Assembly (NCBI GenBank): GCA_003990765.1
Contig: RBNJ01000053.1
Coordinates: 1 to 46,625, forward strand
Length of the DNA stretch: 46,625 bases
Direction: 5' to 3'
Origin: Jimgerdemannia flammicorona
Lineage: Eukaryota
Below the pieces are notes generated by a model. It saw nothing but the letters and a program-made list of their open reading frames with translations, was not told the DNA's origin and did not search any database. Below, in pieces: positions 13,222 to 25,746 of the stretch. The position numbers and the translations under genes were made by a program. Position 1 is the stretch's first letter. Every line of letters starts with the position of its first letter.

Positions 13222-15238
13222 TTACATTCCATCATATAACAAGACTTTGAGGCTCGTGTTTACTTTCCACGCTTCGGCTAATGCGCTGGCTCCCTTCTCG
13301 CCAATGTTATTCTCTACAGAGGAATTCAAAAAAATACATATGCGTGGTGAGCAGCTAGAACATTATGCAGACGAATGCGAAACCGAATTGCACTTCATTC
13401 CTACAGACCTGATAGAAGCAGGTTTTGCAGGCTTGTGTTCATTTTCAGTGCTTTGGCCAGTGCGTTGGCTCCCTTCTCGCCAATGCCATTGTCTACGGAG
13501 TAATAAATAAAATGTATATGCATGGTTATCAGCTCGAACATCGTGTGGATGAATTCAAAAATACAATGTGCTTTACTCCCACATACAGAATAAATTCAGA
13601 TTTTGCAGGCTCGTGTTCATTTTCAGCGTTTCGGCTAGTGCATTGGCTCCCTTCTCGCCAATACCATTGTCTGCAGAGAAATGCATATAATGCATACACA
13701 TAGTTGTTAGTTAGAACACTAAATAAATGAATAAAAAAAATAATGTGCTTTGATCCTACAAGGTAGATTCAGGATTTGCAGGCTCGCGTTTATTTTCAGG
13801 GCTTCGGCTAATGTTCTGGCTCCATTCCCGCCAATATAATTTCCTATAGAGGAATACATAAATGCATATGAGTGGTTTTCAGCCAAAACGTTAAACAGAT
13901 TAATAAAATATAATGCACTTCGTTTCACCATACGTGATAGATCCAGGTTTTGCAGGCTCGTGTTTGTTTTCAGTACTTCGGCAAGTGCATTGGCTCCCTT
14001 CTCGCCAATACCATTGTCTACAGAGAAAAATTTACATATTTATGCATACTTATAAGCTAAATAATTAAACCGACGAAAACAAAAATATAATTCGCTTCAT
14101 TCCTACATACCTTCTAAATCCAAGGTTTGGAGGCTCCTGTTCATTTTCAGTGCTTCGGTTAGCAAGGTGGCTCCCTTCTCGCCAATAGCATTTTCTGCAG
14201 AGGAACGCATAATATATGTACGCGCGGTTGTCAGCTTAAACGCTAAATGGAGGGTTGCATAATATAATAATTATCATTTCTACATACTGCATAAACCAAT
14301 GTTTCGCAGACTTGTGTTCATTTTCAGTGTTTCGGCTAGTGAACTGGCTCCCTTCTCTCCAATGTAACTTCCTACAGAGTAACACATAAAATATATATGC
14401 TTGGTTGTCTGCTGGAATGATAAATAGATGAACGCAAAAAATAAGATATGTTTTATTCCTACCTGATAGATCCAGGGTTTGTAGACTCATATTGATTTTC
14501 AGTGCTTTGGCTAGTGTGTTGACTCCTTTCTCGCCAATTTCACTCCCTACAGAGTAGCACAAAAATGTATATGCTGGTTGTCAGCTGAGACACTAAACGT
14601 ATGAATGCAAAAATATAACGCCTTTCATTTCTACATACATGATATATCCAAGTATTGTAGACACGTATTCATTTTCAGTGCTTCGGCTAGTGCGCTGGCT
14701 CCCTTCTCGCCGATGTCATTCACTACAAAGTAACACATAAATTTATAGTATGGCTGTCCGTTAAAAACACATAAATATAAACCCTAAAATGTAATATACT
14801 TCATTCCTACATGTTAGATCCAGGTTTTGCAGGCTTGCATTCATTTTCAATGCTTCAGCTAGGGCGCTAGCTCCCCTCTCGCCAATGTAATTATCTGCAG
14901 AGTACACAAAATGTATATGGTTTGCTATCAGCCAAAACACTATACAGATAAATGCAAAAATACAATTTACTTCATTCCGACATACTTGTTAGATTCAGGT
15001 TTTGCAAGCTCATGTTCACTTTCAGTGCTTCGGCTAGTGCGCTAGCTCCCCTCTCGCCAATGTCATTCCCTACCAAAAAATATACATTTGGTTACCAGTG
15101 AGAATACTAAACAGATGAATACAGATAAAATGTGCTTCATTCTTAATTCCATACGTGATAGATCCAGGTTTTGCAGGCTCGTGTTCATTTTCAGTGCTTC
15201 GGCTAGTGCGCAGGCCTCATACTCATCAATACAATGTT
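13222..15238 (-). repeat. LRR exon-intron tandem array of copy A (12 units, ~170-185 bp period)
   Basis: 84-bp exons: 15238-15155, 15069-14986, 14894-14811, 14722-14639, 14546-14463, 14371-14288, 14194-14111, 14017-13934, 13843-13760, 13670-13587, 13492-13409, plus the terminal exon from 13313. Consensus xNxIGEKGASALAEALKMNTSLQNLDLx. Confidence 0.95.
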
Positions 15239-18187
15239 CTATAGAATATGCAAAATATATATAGTTGTCAGCTAGAATGTTAGGAAATGAATACAAAAAT
15301 AAAATGTGCTGAACTTCTATAAACCTTTTTTATAATAATCCATTCTTACTAAAATACATAAAAATATTAATATACAGTTAACAGTTAGGATCTCTCAAAA
15401 AAATAATACAGTTAATTTATATTTGTTATCAAGCTTTAAGGCTCCAATGTGAGTTGTGACCATTAAAAAATATTAATATATACCTGAAAGATTAAGTGTT
15501 CGAAGTTGAAAACATTTCTGAACAATATTTTTAATTCTACGGATAGAAAAGATCAGTTTTTTTTTTTTAGTATAGAGATTATAAAATAACCTATTTGTCA
15601 TTAAACAAAACATTGCCATACTGTATGTTCTTCATCTCATTTATTCTAAATAAGCATATCAATGTAATGTTAGTATTTAATTTGTAAAGTTTATCAAGCA
15701 ACAATATTTTGTTAACTTACTCAAGGATTTCAACAGTGGTTGCAGCATTAAATAGAGCTTCCACATCTTCAGAACGAACTTTGTTACAAGCTATAAAGCT
15801 ATAATTTGGCAACTCAGTAGTCATTCTAAGAAAGCAAAAAAAAAAAATTATAGACAAGCTTATTACCTAATTTTCCGCAAAGGAATATCAAATAGTACGC
15901 GCGTCGCCAAATTTCGAAATGTATGCAAAGATCTCTCTGACAAATCCTTCATTCTGAATATTATAACAAAACAGTCTTGAGTACAAAAACAACATAGACA
16001 TCAATTTGAATATTAAAAAACGGGAAATAATACAAACGTCAGCTCCCAAGTTTCGTTGTTAAACGTAATGCTGTCATTTATGGAACAGTTCTTGATGGCT
16101 GTATAAAGACTCCTAACAGCGTTTGTTGTCTCCCACTCTGATGCGTGATTCTTGCACACCCATCGCACTGTTACGGTACCGTTTTCCCCACGACGGAGCA
16201 CGCGCTGCAGATTCCCAGGCCAGTTTGTGTCATTCAAGCCCTTGAGACAAGCTATAAACCGAAATTCGAAAGGAAGCATGAGTACACGTAGAAATAAGCG
16301 CATTCACACTTGGACAGAAAATCAGTGTACCACTGCACCTTGAAGTTTTCGCAGATCAGGTCTTTCCATCAGTCCTGGTGCACTTTCTTGCGTCTTAACC
16401 AGCAGCGGAACCTCAGCCATATATTTCTTGGTCTGGTTATCCATGGCCCCGAGCTTGTCTCCGAATATCTTGAAAAACAATTCAGTCTGCGCGCAGAACT
16501 CAAGTTCGCGGTCCATAAATATCGACGAGTCAGTTGCATTGTATGCCGTTGAGGTGATTTGACCTTCAACCCGTAAGATGTCTGCTACCTCCTTCCAAAA
16601 TGCGGGGATACATTCCAATAGGCATCCTCCCAAACGTACAGCAAGCAATAGACATGGCATGATCTATTGAATGAGAAATGTTAGAAGGCGTGCAAAGAGA
16701 GTTCGGACACTAAAGCTCAAAGAGACGACATACCGTACGTATATATGTCCCATATTTAGCTACAAACTAAAAAAATAAAATAAAAATAAAATAAAAAAAT
16801 AAAAAAAATAAAAAAAATAAAAAAAATAAAAAAAAAAGACATGAAGTAATGATAGGTTAAGTAGAAAATAGGCACCCGTGTTGTAGTATATGGAGTATAT
16901 TCCATATTGAATATCAACATATCATACCTCCCGTGGTCGAGTGACATGGTAGCCATCATTGTACGCCAGATGGAACTGTTTCTTTGTGGTGCCGTTTTCG
17001 ATGGTTTCGTGCTCGCAAAGAAAGTATAGACGGAACGTTTTGGTGAAGAGAACGTCAATTGATGGCGACCACCAATGACCATCCTCGGGAAATATGAAGA
17101 AGAGTCGCGGGACTGTATCCTCATGGAGATCGAGCATAAGCTTAGGCAGACTGTCAACCTTGCCGCGGATTTCGTCGAGGCTGCTCAGTATATCTCTCGT
17201 GTCGTTTTTTTTGTCTTCTATGTTATTCTTTATGTCCTATGCAATTTGTATAAATTTGGGGAAAATAGCCACGGAATTTGAATAAGCATTGTATCAGGAC
17301 AATACGGCAACACAAAATATCGATTACTACTAACCAACGCTAGATTGTAAGGTGGTGCTGTGAATGCAAAGAATAATATTTAGTCAGCAAAAGGCTCGCG
17401 CGCTTTTGATGAATGTTTCGAAATCCCATCCCTTTGAATGACTACATAATAAAACTGTGTAATTCACCTACCTCGGAGTTGGTCCTTCAGAATGTCGAGA
17501 AGTCTGCACTCCCTTTCATGAAGTTGTATGCGTTCTTTACCAAGTCGATCTTTCTCCTTCTCATCCGTTGTCAGTGCCACCAGTTCAAATTTTTGCATCA
17601 GTTCATCGATTTCGGTCTCAATCCTCTTAATTCTAGCCTCGGCAGCACTTTCGTCGGTAGCTGTTACATAAAATTGTAAGCGCAACCTAAATTTAATTCA
17701 AGACGACAATTATTTGCATGGACAATAGTTGCCACACCAAAGAAAAATCACGCACCTTCCCAATATCCCTGCTGACCACCGCACCCTACGTTAAATACAA
17801 ACGAAATGTTCCAGTTTGGGTAAGCAAAGGTACCGGAGCTGCGGGTCACATTCACAACTATCGGCAGAGCTATTTATCCGATGACGGATCCTTGAATACC
17901 ATTGCTTAGGATAATCATTTGACAATACTAGAGTAATTACCTCGTAATCGAGAAATCTCACCCACTATTTTGGCCACCGGTCCACCTGGTAAGTTATATG
18001 GAGGTCCCAGTAGATCCTCTTTTGTAAGCTGAACGAGAGCGTTTCCGTCTACTTCTTGATCCAGCAAGATTGTCGCATGCTCTGGCTTCAATCGGAGCGC
18101 GGGATGCCGAAAGTGCTCAAAGAGTGTGTATTCGTCCCAAGTCTTGATTTCGTCAAGCGAAGGAGTTGGAAGTTCGGAGGAGGACAT
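13222..18187 (-). CDS. Copy A: SAM - coiled coil - conserved core - RI-like LRR protein; 25 exons, ~883 aa
   Basis: Manual GT-AG model, open throughout. Non-LRR exons: 18187-17941 (SAM: QEVDGNALVQLTKEDL..YNLPGGPVAKI), 17785-17756, 17660-17472, 17357-17335, 17236-16928, 16766-16734, 16663-16339, 16251-16038, 15953-15867, 15798-15721, 15645-15622, 15536-15484, 15348-15325. Then eleven 84-bp LRR exons and terminal exon 13313-13222. Exon phases and nearly all lengths are conserved in copy C. Confidence 0.88.
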
Positions 18188-19399
18188 GGTAACAGAAGTA
18201 GAGGTATATACTGGTTTTCTTTTGGTCGCTAAGGGAAGAGTTGTCTGCAGGAGTGAAAGTCGTTTTCGCAAGGTATTTAACTAACGTAATAAGGGTGACT
18301 GCTATCTCTTTTCAGCTTCCAAACGTCACAAAGAATACAAAGAATACAAAGAATACAAAGAATGCAACATAATACACTGGAATATTCTCTTGTATATAGT
18401 AAGCATGTTTGTCAAAATACGGACATGTGATACCTGCATAATTGACAGGACTTAATCGTTATTATATAATTATACAAGAGGGCATTCAAATCAAAACGGA
18501 CAAAATTTCTTTGAGAGATAAGATCGGTTTTGATTTGAACGCATGGTTGTCATTCATACATAGTTCTCCTTAGCTGCAAATATCGCTGTATTCTCCTAAT
18601 TATTGTCAGGAATTCACATCTAGATAAACAAAGTTGATTTGAATACTTGAACCTTAAAAAGGAATGTAAGTTCGAACCGAAATCCAGTTCGACATTTTCA
18701 TGGCGCAGTAATCAACACAGCATGTGTCCTCTCATGAGAATTTTGATGGGAGGGTATAGCCAAAGAAGGCTATAAAAAAGTGTGTGTCTGCTTCCCATGG
18801 CTGTGTCAGGTGTGCCGATTCCTCTTAAAAGTTTTTGTTTAAGTGAGCAGACCGCCCTGAGCGATTCTTCGCCTTTGGGGTCGTTTGCGAGGTGATAGTA
18901 GGGTTGCGGTGCGTGTAGACTACCCATCCTAGTCAGATCCAAAATGGGATAGTCTCGTTTCCGTTGAATCGAGAAAATGTTCGTGACCATCTGTATGGTT
19001 ATTAACCAGAGGACAGAACCTTGGATTGTTACCTATTGGGCAATCTCGTTCATAAATTTTGTCACGGCCCACGGGGCGTTTCGGTAAGTAGAATGGTAGG
19101 GGCCCGACAGTTTCCTGATCACGAAAAACCGCTACATGGTCAGATAGCAAAGTGTCAAATGTTCTGTGTCAGCCGACGAGTATCATACCTTTTCAGTTAC
19201 TAATGTGAAATGAACAAATCCTCATGTTGGAGCTTTTGACACCTTCAGGATTTTGATGGACCCGAGTCAATTATAGGGTTCATGCTATGTCCACAGTAAT
19301 AATCACACTCTAATTGATGAAACTGCAAGTCGTAACTTTGATCGGACAGGCGGCTTAAATTTTGAGCAGTAATGAACGTTTTGGATTGTACCTGTATAT

Positions 19400-20320
19400 G
19401 AATGTTTTAGGGATAGCTGATATACTGAAGCCAATATGCCTGGACGTGCTGATGTCATCGGTCTGCCAATTATGAAAGCATCGATGCCTTCATCCGCAAA
19501 TAAAACATCGAACGTAGACCGGATCTCTGCGGTGCGTGGACATGTTCATGTGATCGTATGGGGGAACGGTAACAAAGGCAGCGGAGGTCGCGCGCTTCGA
19601 AATTGTAGCAATTGCGTTCTCTGCAACCATGAGCTTGGCGATGATTTTGAATTGTACGAAACACGCGTTCGGGTTGGTCAGAAACGTTTGACACAGCATT
19701 GCGAGGTTGCTACGCAGGATGATATCACGTAAATCTGGATTCCTGGTACCATACATTGAGTACCTGCGCCATACATTTAAATAAATACATGTGTACACTA
19801 AGTACGCCATGTAATTATGTGACGTGGTTTTGCAATTTTCAACTTAAACTCTCGTCAGGCGATGGACCAACTGGTGAATGATTACGTCCATAAGGGTCTG
19901 ACGTCCGTTGTGTGGAATGCTGGGTCTATCCATCATGACTGAAGCATATCTGCGATACTCAAACGACTTGGCTTTTTTAAGAGCGGGACATAATCTATGG
20001 AAGATCTGACAACCGTATCGTTGGCATCGCAAGACGTAAGCGTCTCTATCAGGATTTGTCTGTTATTAGACACTGGCACAGCGGAATGTATAGAAACCAA
20101 GTAGTTGCGTGGAAGCGAAATCGGCAGATTTTGAATTGAAAGCCATATTTTATTTCCATAATGTCTTCATCGATGCGTGGGTATTAGAGTGAAAATAAAC
20201 AGATTGGGGTCATTATGGGTTAATCGAAAAAACTGATATATGCAAACATATTTTAAATTCTGCCAAAATGAATTGCCCATTCCACCTCGCTTCCGCTGAT
20301 GTTAAGGGCTACAGAGGACC
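19400..20320. repeat. Shared inter-gene segment of the tandem unit (homologous stretches at ~11400-11788 plus 12957-13030, ~29290-30250 and ~38375-38730)
   Basis: Recurrent anchors: catcgca(g/a)ga(c/t)gtaagc at ~11478, ~20024, ~38441; ccctgtcc(g/a)tga at ~11606, ~30018, ~38570; gcgaggttgctacgcaggat at ~19701 and ~29638. Confidence 0.85.
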
Positions 20321-20404
20321 ACATAAATGTATACGCGAGGATTTCGACTGGAAACTAAACATATGGATGCTAAAGCACAGTGTGCTCCATTTCTACATTC
20401 TCCA

Positions 20405-22543
20405 CTAAACCAAGACTTTGAGGCTCGCGTTTACTTTCTTCGCTTCGACTAGAGCGCTGGTTCCCTTCTCGCCAATGTTATTCTCTACAGACGAATACAG
20501 AAAATGCATACGCATTGTTATCAGCTAGAATGCTACGTAAATAAATGCACAAACAAAATATGCTTCATTCCTACAGACCTGATAAATCCAGGTTTTCCAG
20601 GTTGGTGTTCATTTTCAGCGCTTCAGCTAGTGCGATGGCTCCCTTCTCGCCGATACCATTTCCTACAGAGGACCCCACACGCGGTTGTCAGCTCGGAGGC
20701 TTAACAGATGAATGCAAAAATATAATACGCTTCGTTCCCACATACTGGCTAGCTGCACGTCTTGCAGGCTTGTGTTCATTTTCAGTGCTTCCGCTAGCGC
20801 GCTGGCTCCCTTCTCGCTAACGCCAATGCCTAGAGAGGAACAAGTAAAATTAATATGCTTCGTCATCGGATTGAACTCTAATGAATGCAAAATCATAATG
20901 CGCTACATTTCTACATACATTTTAAATTCAGGTTTTGCAGGCTTGAGTTCATTTTCAGTGCTTCGGCTAGCGCGCTGGTTCCCTTATCGCCAATGGAATT
21001 GTCTACAGAGAAACACATAAAATGTAATCGAATCGTTGTCAGCTAAAACGTCAAATAGATGAAAGCAAAAATGTAATGCACTTCATTCCAGCATACTCCT
21101 TAGATTCAATATTTGCAGGCTCGTGTTCAATTTCAGTGCTTCGGCTAGTGCGCTGCCTCCTTTCTCGCCAATCCCATTTGCTACAGGGAACACATAAATT
21201 TATACGTGTAGCTGTTAGCTAGAACACTGAACAGATGAATGCAAAAATACAATGCAATATACATTTTAGGTTTAGGCTTTGCAGGCTCGCGTTCATTTTC
21301 AGAGCTCCGGCTAGTGCGCAGGCTCCCTTCTCGCCAATAGAATTATCTACAGGGGAACACGTTAAATGTATACGGGTGGTTTGTAGCTAAAACGAATGTA
21401 TAATGCGCTTTATTCGTACACACCCCATAGATTCAGATTTTGCAGACTCCTGTTCATTTTTAGTGCTTCGGCTAGTGCACTGTCTCCCTTCTCACCAATG
21501 CCATTGTCCACAGAGGAACACATGCATGCTTGTCAGCTAGAGCACTAAACAGATGAATTCAAAAATGTAATGCTCTTCATTCGTACATACTTGTTAGATC
21601 CAGATTAATAAGTCTTGTATTCATTTTCAATCCTTGGGCTAGTACGCTGGCTCTCTTTTCGCCAATAACGTTATTTGCAAAGAACACATAAAATATACAC
21701 GCGCGGTTGTTGGTTAAACCACTAAGCAGATTAATGCAAAAATATAATGCGCTTCATTCCTACATACCCTATAGATTCAGGTTTTGCAGGCTCGTGTTCA
21801 TTTTCAGTGTTTCGGCGAGCGCGCTGGCTCCCTTCTCACCAATATCATTGTCTACAGAGTAACAGATACCTGCTTGTCAGCTAAAAAAAACTAAACAGGT
21901 GAATGCAAAAATATAATGCTCTTTATCTCCACACACTTGTTAGATCCAGGTTTTGAAGTCTTGTGTTCATTTTCAGTCCATGGGCTAGTACGCTGGTTCC
22001 CTTTTCGCCAAGACCATTTTCTGCAAAGGAACACGTAAAATTTATACGCGCGGTAGTCAGCTAGAGCACTAAACAACTTAATGCAAAAGTATAATTTGCT
22101 TCATTCCTACATACCACATAGATTCAGGTTTTGCAGGCTCTTGTTAATTTTCAGTGCTTCGGCTAGTGTGCTGGCTCCCTTCTCACCTATACCATTGTCT
22201 ACAGAGGAACACACAAAGTGTATACGCATGCTCGTCACCTAGAACAATAAACAGATGAATGCAAAAATATAATGCTCGTCGCTCCCGCATACATGTTAGA
22301 TCCAGGTTTTGCAGGCTTGTGTTCATTTTCAGTCCTTCGGCTAATACGCTAACTCTCTTTGCGCCAATATTATTTCCTACACAAAATTTATACGCTTGGC
22401 TATCAGCTAGAGTACTAAACATATAAATGCAAAAATATATTGTTCTTCATTTCTCATACTTGCTAGATTCAGGTATTGCAGGCTCGTGTTAATTCTCAGT
22501 CCTTCGGCTAGTGCGCTGGCTCCCTTCTCGTCAATATAACGTC
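20405..22543 (-). repeat. LRR exon-intron tandem array of copy B (13 units)
   Basis: 84-bp exons starting at 22543, 22376, 22198, 22020, 21851, 21674, 21507, 21346, 21180, 21002, 20829 and 20662. Terminal exon 20484-20405. Confidence 0.93.
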
Positions 22544-24984
22544 CTGCAGGAGAACATACAAACATGGTTGTCAGCTAGAACAATAAACAGATGATTGCAA
22601 TAATATAATGTGTTTAATTCTTACATACCTTTTTTATAATAACCCAATCTGACTATAGAAGTACAAGAAAAAAAGTAACTATTAAAAAGATAATACTGTT
22701 TTCATTGCTATAACTTCAGCTACAATGATGTAATTATTTTTTCTATTGATGAAATTTCCGGAGGAGAAATCTCAGATATGAGATGTGACTACTGTATAAA
22801 GCTATTATAGTTGTATATCTGAAAGATCAAGTGTTCGAAGTTGAAGACACTTCTGAATAATATTTTTAATCCTACAGACAGGTAAAGATTGACTTTGTTA
22901 GTATGAATATTTTTGGTTATTATTAATAATTATAGACCAAAATATTAAACATTAAATGAAAGATAATTATACTGTATATTTTTTATCTCATTTATTCTAG
23001 AGAAGTATGTATATGTGATGTTAGCATTTAATACATCAAGTTTTTCAAATAAAAAAATGTTTACATTAACTTACACAAGGATTTAAATGATGGTTGTAGC
23101 ATTAATAGGAGCTTCTACATCTTCCAAATGAACATTTTCGCAACCTACGAAGCTATAATTCCATCATTTTCAGCAAGAAAATTATAAGGCAAAGGTTTAC
23201 TTAATACCTGATTTTCCGCAAAGGAATACCAGGCAGCACGCGCGTCACGGAATTTCGAAATGAACTCAAAGATCCCTTTGACAAATCATTCATTCTGAAT
23301 ATTAAAATATAACAATATTTAGTATGAAAACAGCATAATTAGACATAATGATACAAGTAGAAACATTAAAATCAGAATATAATACGAACTTCAGCTCCCA
23401 AGTTTCGTCATTAAATGTAATACTGCCATCTATGGAACAGCACTTGATTGTTGTATGAAGACTCCGAACAGCGTTTGGTGTCTCCCACTCCGAGGCATGA
23501 TTATTGCACACCCATCGCACTGTTATACTACCTTTTTCCCCACGACGGAGCACGCGCTGCAGATTCCCAAGTCGGTTGACGTTATACAATAATCTCTCAA
23601 AGTAAGCTACAAACCGAAATTCGAAAAAAAAAAAAAAAAAAAGGATTAATATATATATAAATCAGCGCACGAATAATTGGATGTATCGCTGTACCTTGAA
23701 ATTCTCGTAGATCAGGTCTTTCCATCCGTCCCGGTGTTTCTCTTTGCGTCTGAAACAACGTCGGAGTATCAGTTGTATATTTCTTGCCCTGGTTATCAGT
23801 AGCCTCGAACTTATCTCCGAATGTCTGTTTGTTGTCCGTTGAAGCTACTTGACCACCAGCCCGTAGGACCTCTGCTTCCGCCTTCCCAATTTCAGGGACA
23901 CATTCCAATAAGCGTCCTCCCAAGCGTACAGCAAGTAATAGACAGGACATAATCTGTTGTATAATAAATATTAGATGGCGTGCAAAGAGAGTTCGGATAC
24001 TCAAGCTCAAACAGACGACATACCGTGCGTATGTATGTCCCATATTTAGCTATAAACTAAATATATTAAGATGTGTTTCATCAGAAAAGTAAGCACCCGT
24101 ATTGTAATATATGGAGTACATGTCATATTAAATTTCAACATAGCATACCTCGCGTGGTCGGGCGACAGGATAACCACCATGATACGCCAGATGGAACAGT
24201 TTCTTTGTGGTGCCGTTTTCGACGGTTTCGTGCTCGCAGAGAAAATATAAACGAAATTTTTTGGTGAAGAGGCTGTCAATTGACGGCGCCGACCAATTAC
24301 CATCCTTGGGAAAGATGAAAAAGAGTCGCGGGATTCTATCCTCATGACGATCGAGCATAGGCTTGGGCAGACTGTCAACCATGCTGTCAAGGTCGTTGAG
24401 TATCTCGATTTCGGCCTTGATTCTAGCCTCGGCATCACGTTCGCCGCCAGCTGTTATATATAATTGTAAGCGCCAATTAAATTTTAATTCAGCGTGGCGG
24501 ATTTGCAGGGACAATTGTTGTCACACCGAAGAAAATCCGCACCTTCCATAAATCCCTGCTGACCAACTCGTCCTATGTCAAACGCATGTAAAATATTCAA
24601 GTTTGGGTTAGCAAAGGTACCGGAGCTTTAAATCACATTCACAACTATCAGCAGAGCCATTTCCTCGATAATTAATCCTTGAATGCCCTTTGTAACCATT
24701 TCTTTGGATATGCATTTGACAATAGCTGCAGTAATTACCTCGTAATCGAGCAATCTCACCCGTGATTTTGGCCATAGGGCTACCTCGTAAGTTATACGAG
24801 GTTCCAACAAAACCTTTTCAGTCAGCTGTACCAGAGCGTTCCCGTCTACTCCCTGATCCAGCAAGATTGCAGCATGTTCGGGCTTCAATCTGAGAGCGGG
24901 ATGCTGAAAGTGTTCAAAGACTCGGGTTTTGTCCCAAGTATTGATTTCGTCAAGCGAAGGAGTTGGAAGTTCGGAGGAGGACAT
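20405..24984 (-). pseudogene. Copy B of the SAM-core-LRR gene (13 LRR exons), inactivated
   Basis: 1-bp deletion in the SAM exon (~24799). In-frame TAA at 23085-23083 (GAA in A and C). Donor GT>AT at 22818. LRR acceptors AG>AA (21675) and AG>GG (21509). In-frame fusion of exon 3 to exon 5 (~24405). Confidence 0.88.
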
Positions 24985-25746
24985 AGAGTCAGAGGTAGAG
25001 GTGTGATTTTCTTTTGGTAATTAAAAGAAGAGTTATCTGCAGACGTGGATATCGTTTTTGCAAGGCATTTTATCCGTGCGAAGCGACCGCCGAAAAGTCT
25101 CCTTTCAGCCTTCAAACGTCACGAAATTAATTCTAGTAGTAACAAAGTACGAGCTTGTGATACCTGTAAGACTGCAGGACTCGATTGTTATTATTACATA
25201 AGTGCATAAAATCTTTGGGAGACAAGATTGGTTTAGATTTTAGATTTGAACGCAGATTATCTACATATTGAATTGTGCGACTGAAAAACAACCAATTCAT
25301 TCATACTAATTAAATGCGAATAGAATATGCCCAATTCGCAGTCTGCCAGTAGCCAATTTGAATATTTCAACTTTAAGAAGTTTGTGCAGCGTCGGTAGTA
25401 TAAGCCGAATTTCGAACTTTGACCAAGCTATACTTAATTGGTCTTGGCTGTTCAGACCCGATTAAATCCCGGCATGATAAAGTGGATGTGTCTATTTTAT
25501 CGGGCAAATGCGTGCATGAGGAATGTTTCTGTCTTGAATGCTTTGCAATGGTCAGTTCAAAGAACCCGACATGAAAAGGAGTGTACAAGAGGAGGCGGGT
25601 GGGAGCGAGGGCCGTGCTGAGCAAAAGGGAGAGGTAGAACTTCAAAGCTATACAGCTTGCCTAATCGAGTGAATACGTGATATCCCGGACAATGTTATGG
25701 CGCAGTTTTCCTTTAATCAAGCCCAGCACGTGTTACTAAAAGAACG

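Noticed and set aside
13196-13703. Plus-strand ORFs over the LRR arrays (also 20504-21020 and 30617-30808)
   Set aside because: Antisense shadows of the minus-strand LRR exons and introns.
13222-15238. Regularly spaced conserved repeats with variable intervening sequence, superficially CRISPR-like (also 20405-22543 and 30318-31298)
   Set aside because: The conserved blocks are 84-bp coding exons with GT-AG boundaries, the intervening parts are mutually homologous introns, and there are no cas genes.
15799-15825. Longer exon 10 in copy A using the AG at 15827-15826
   Set aside because: It would leave a 41-bp intron, and that AG is absent in copies B and C. The acceptor before 15798 is conserved in all three.
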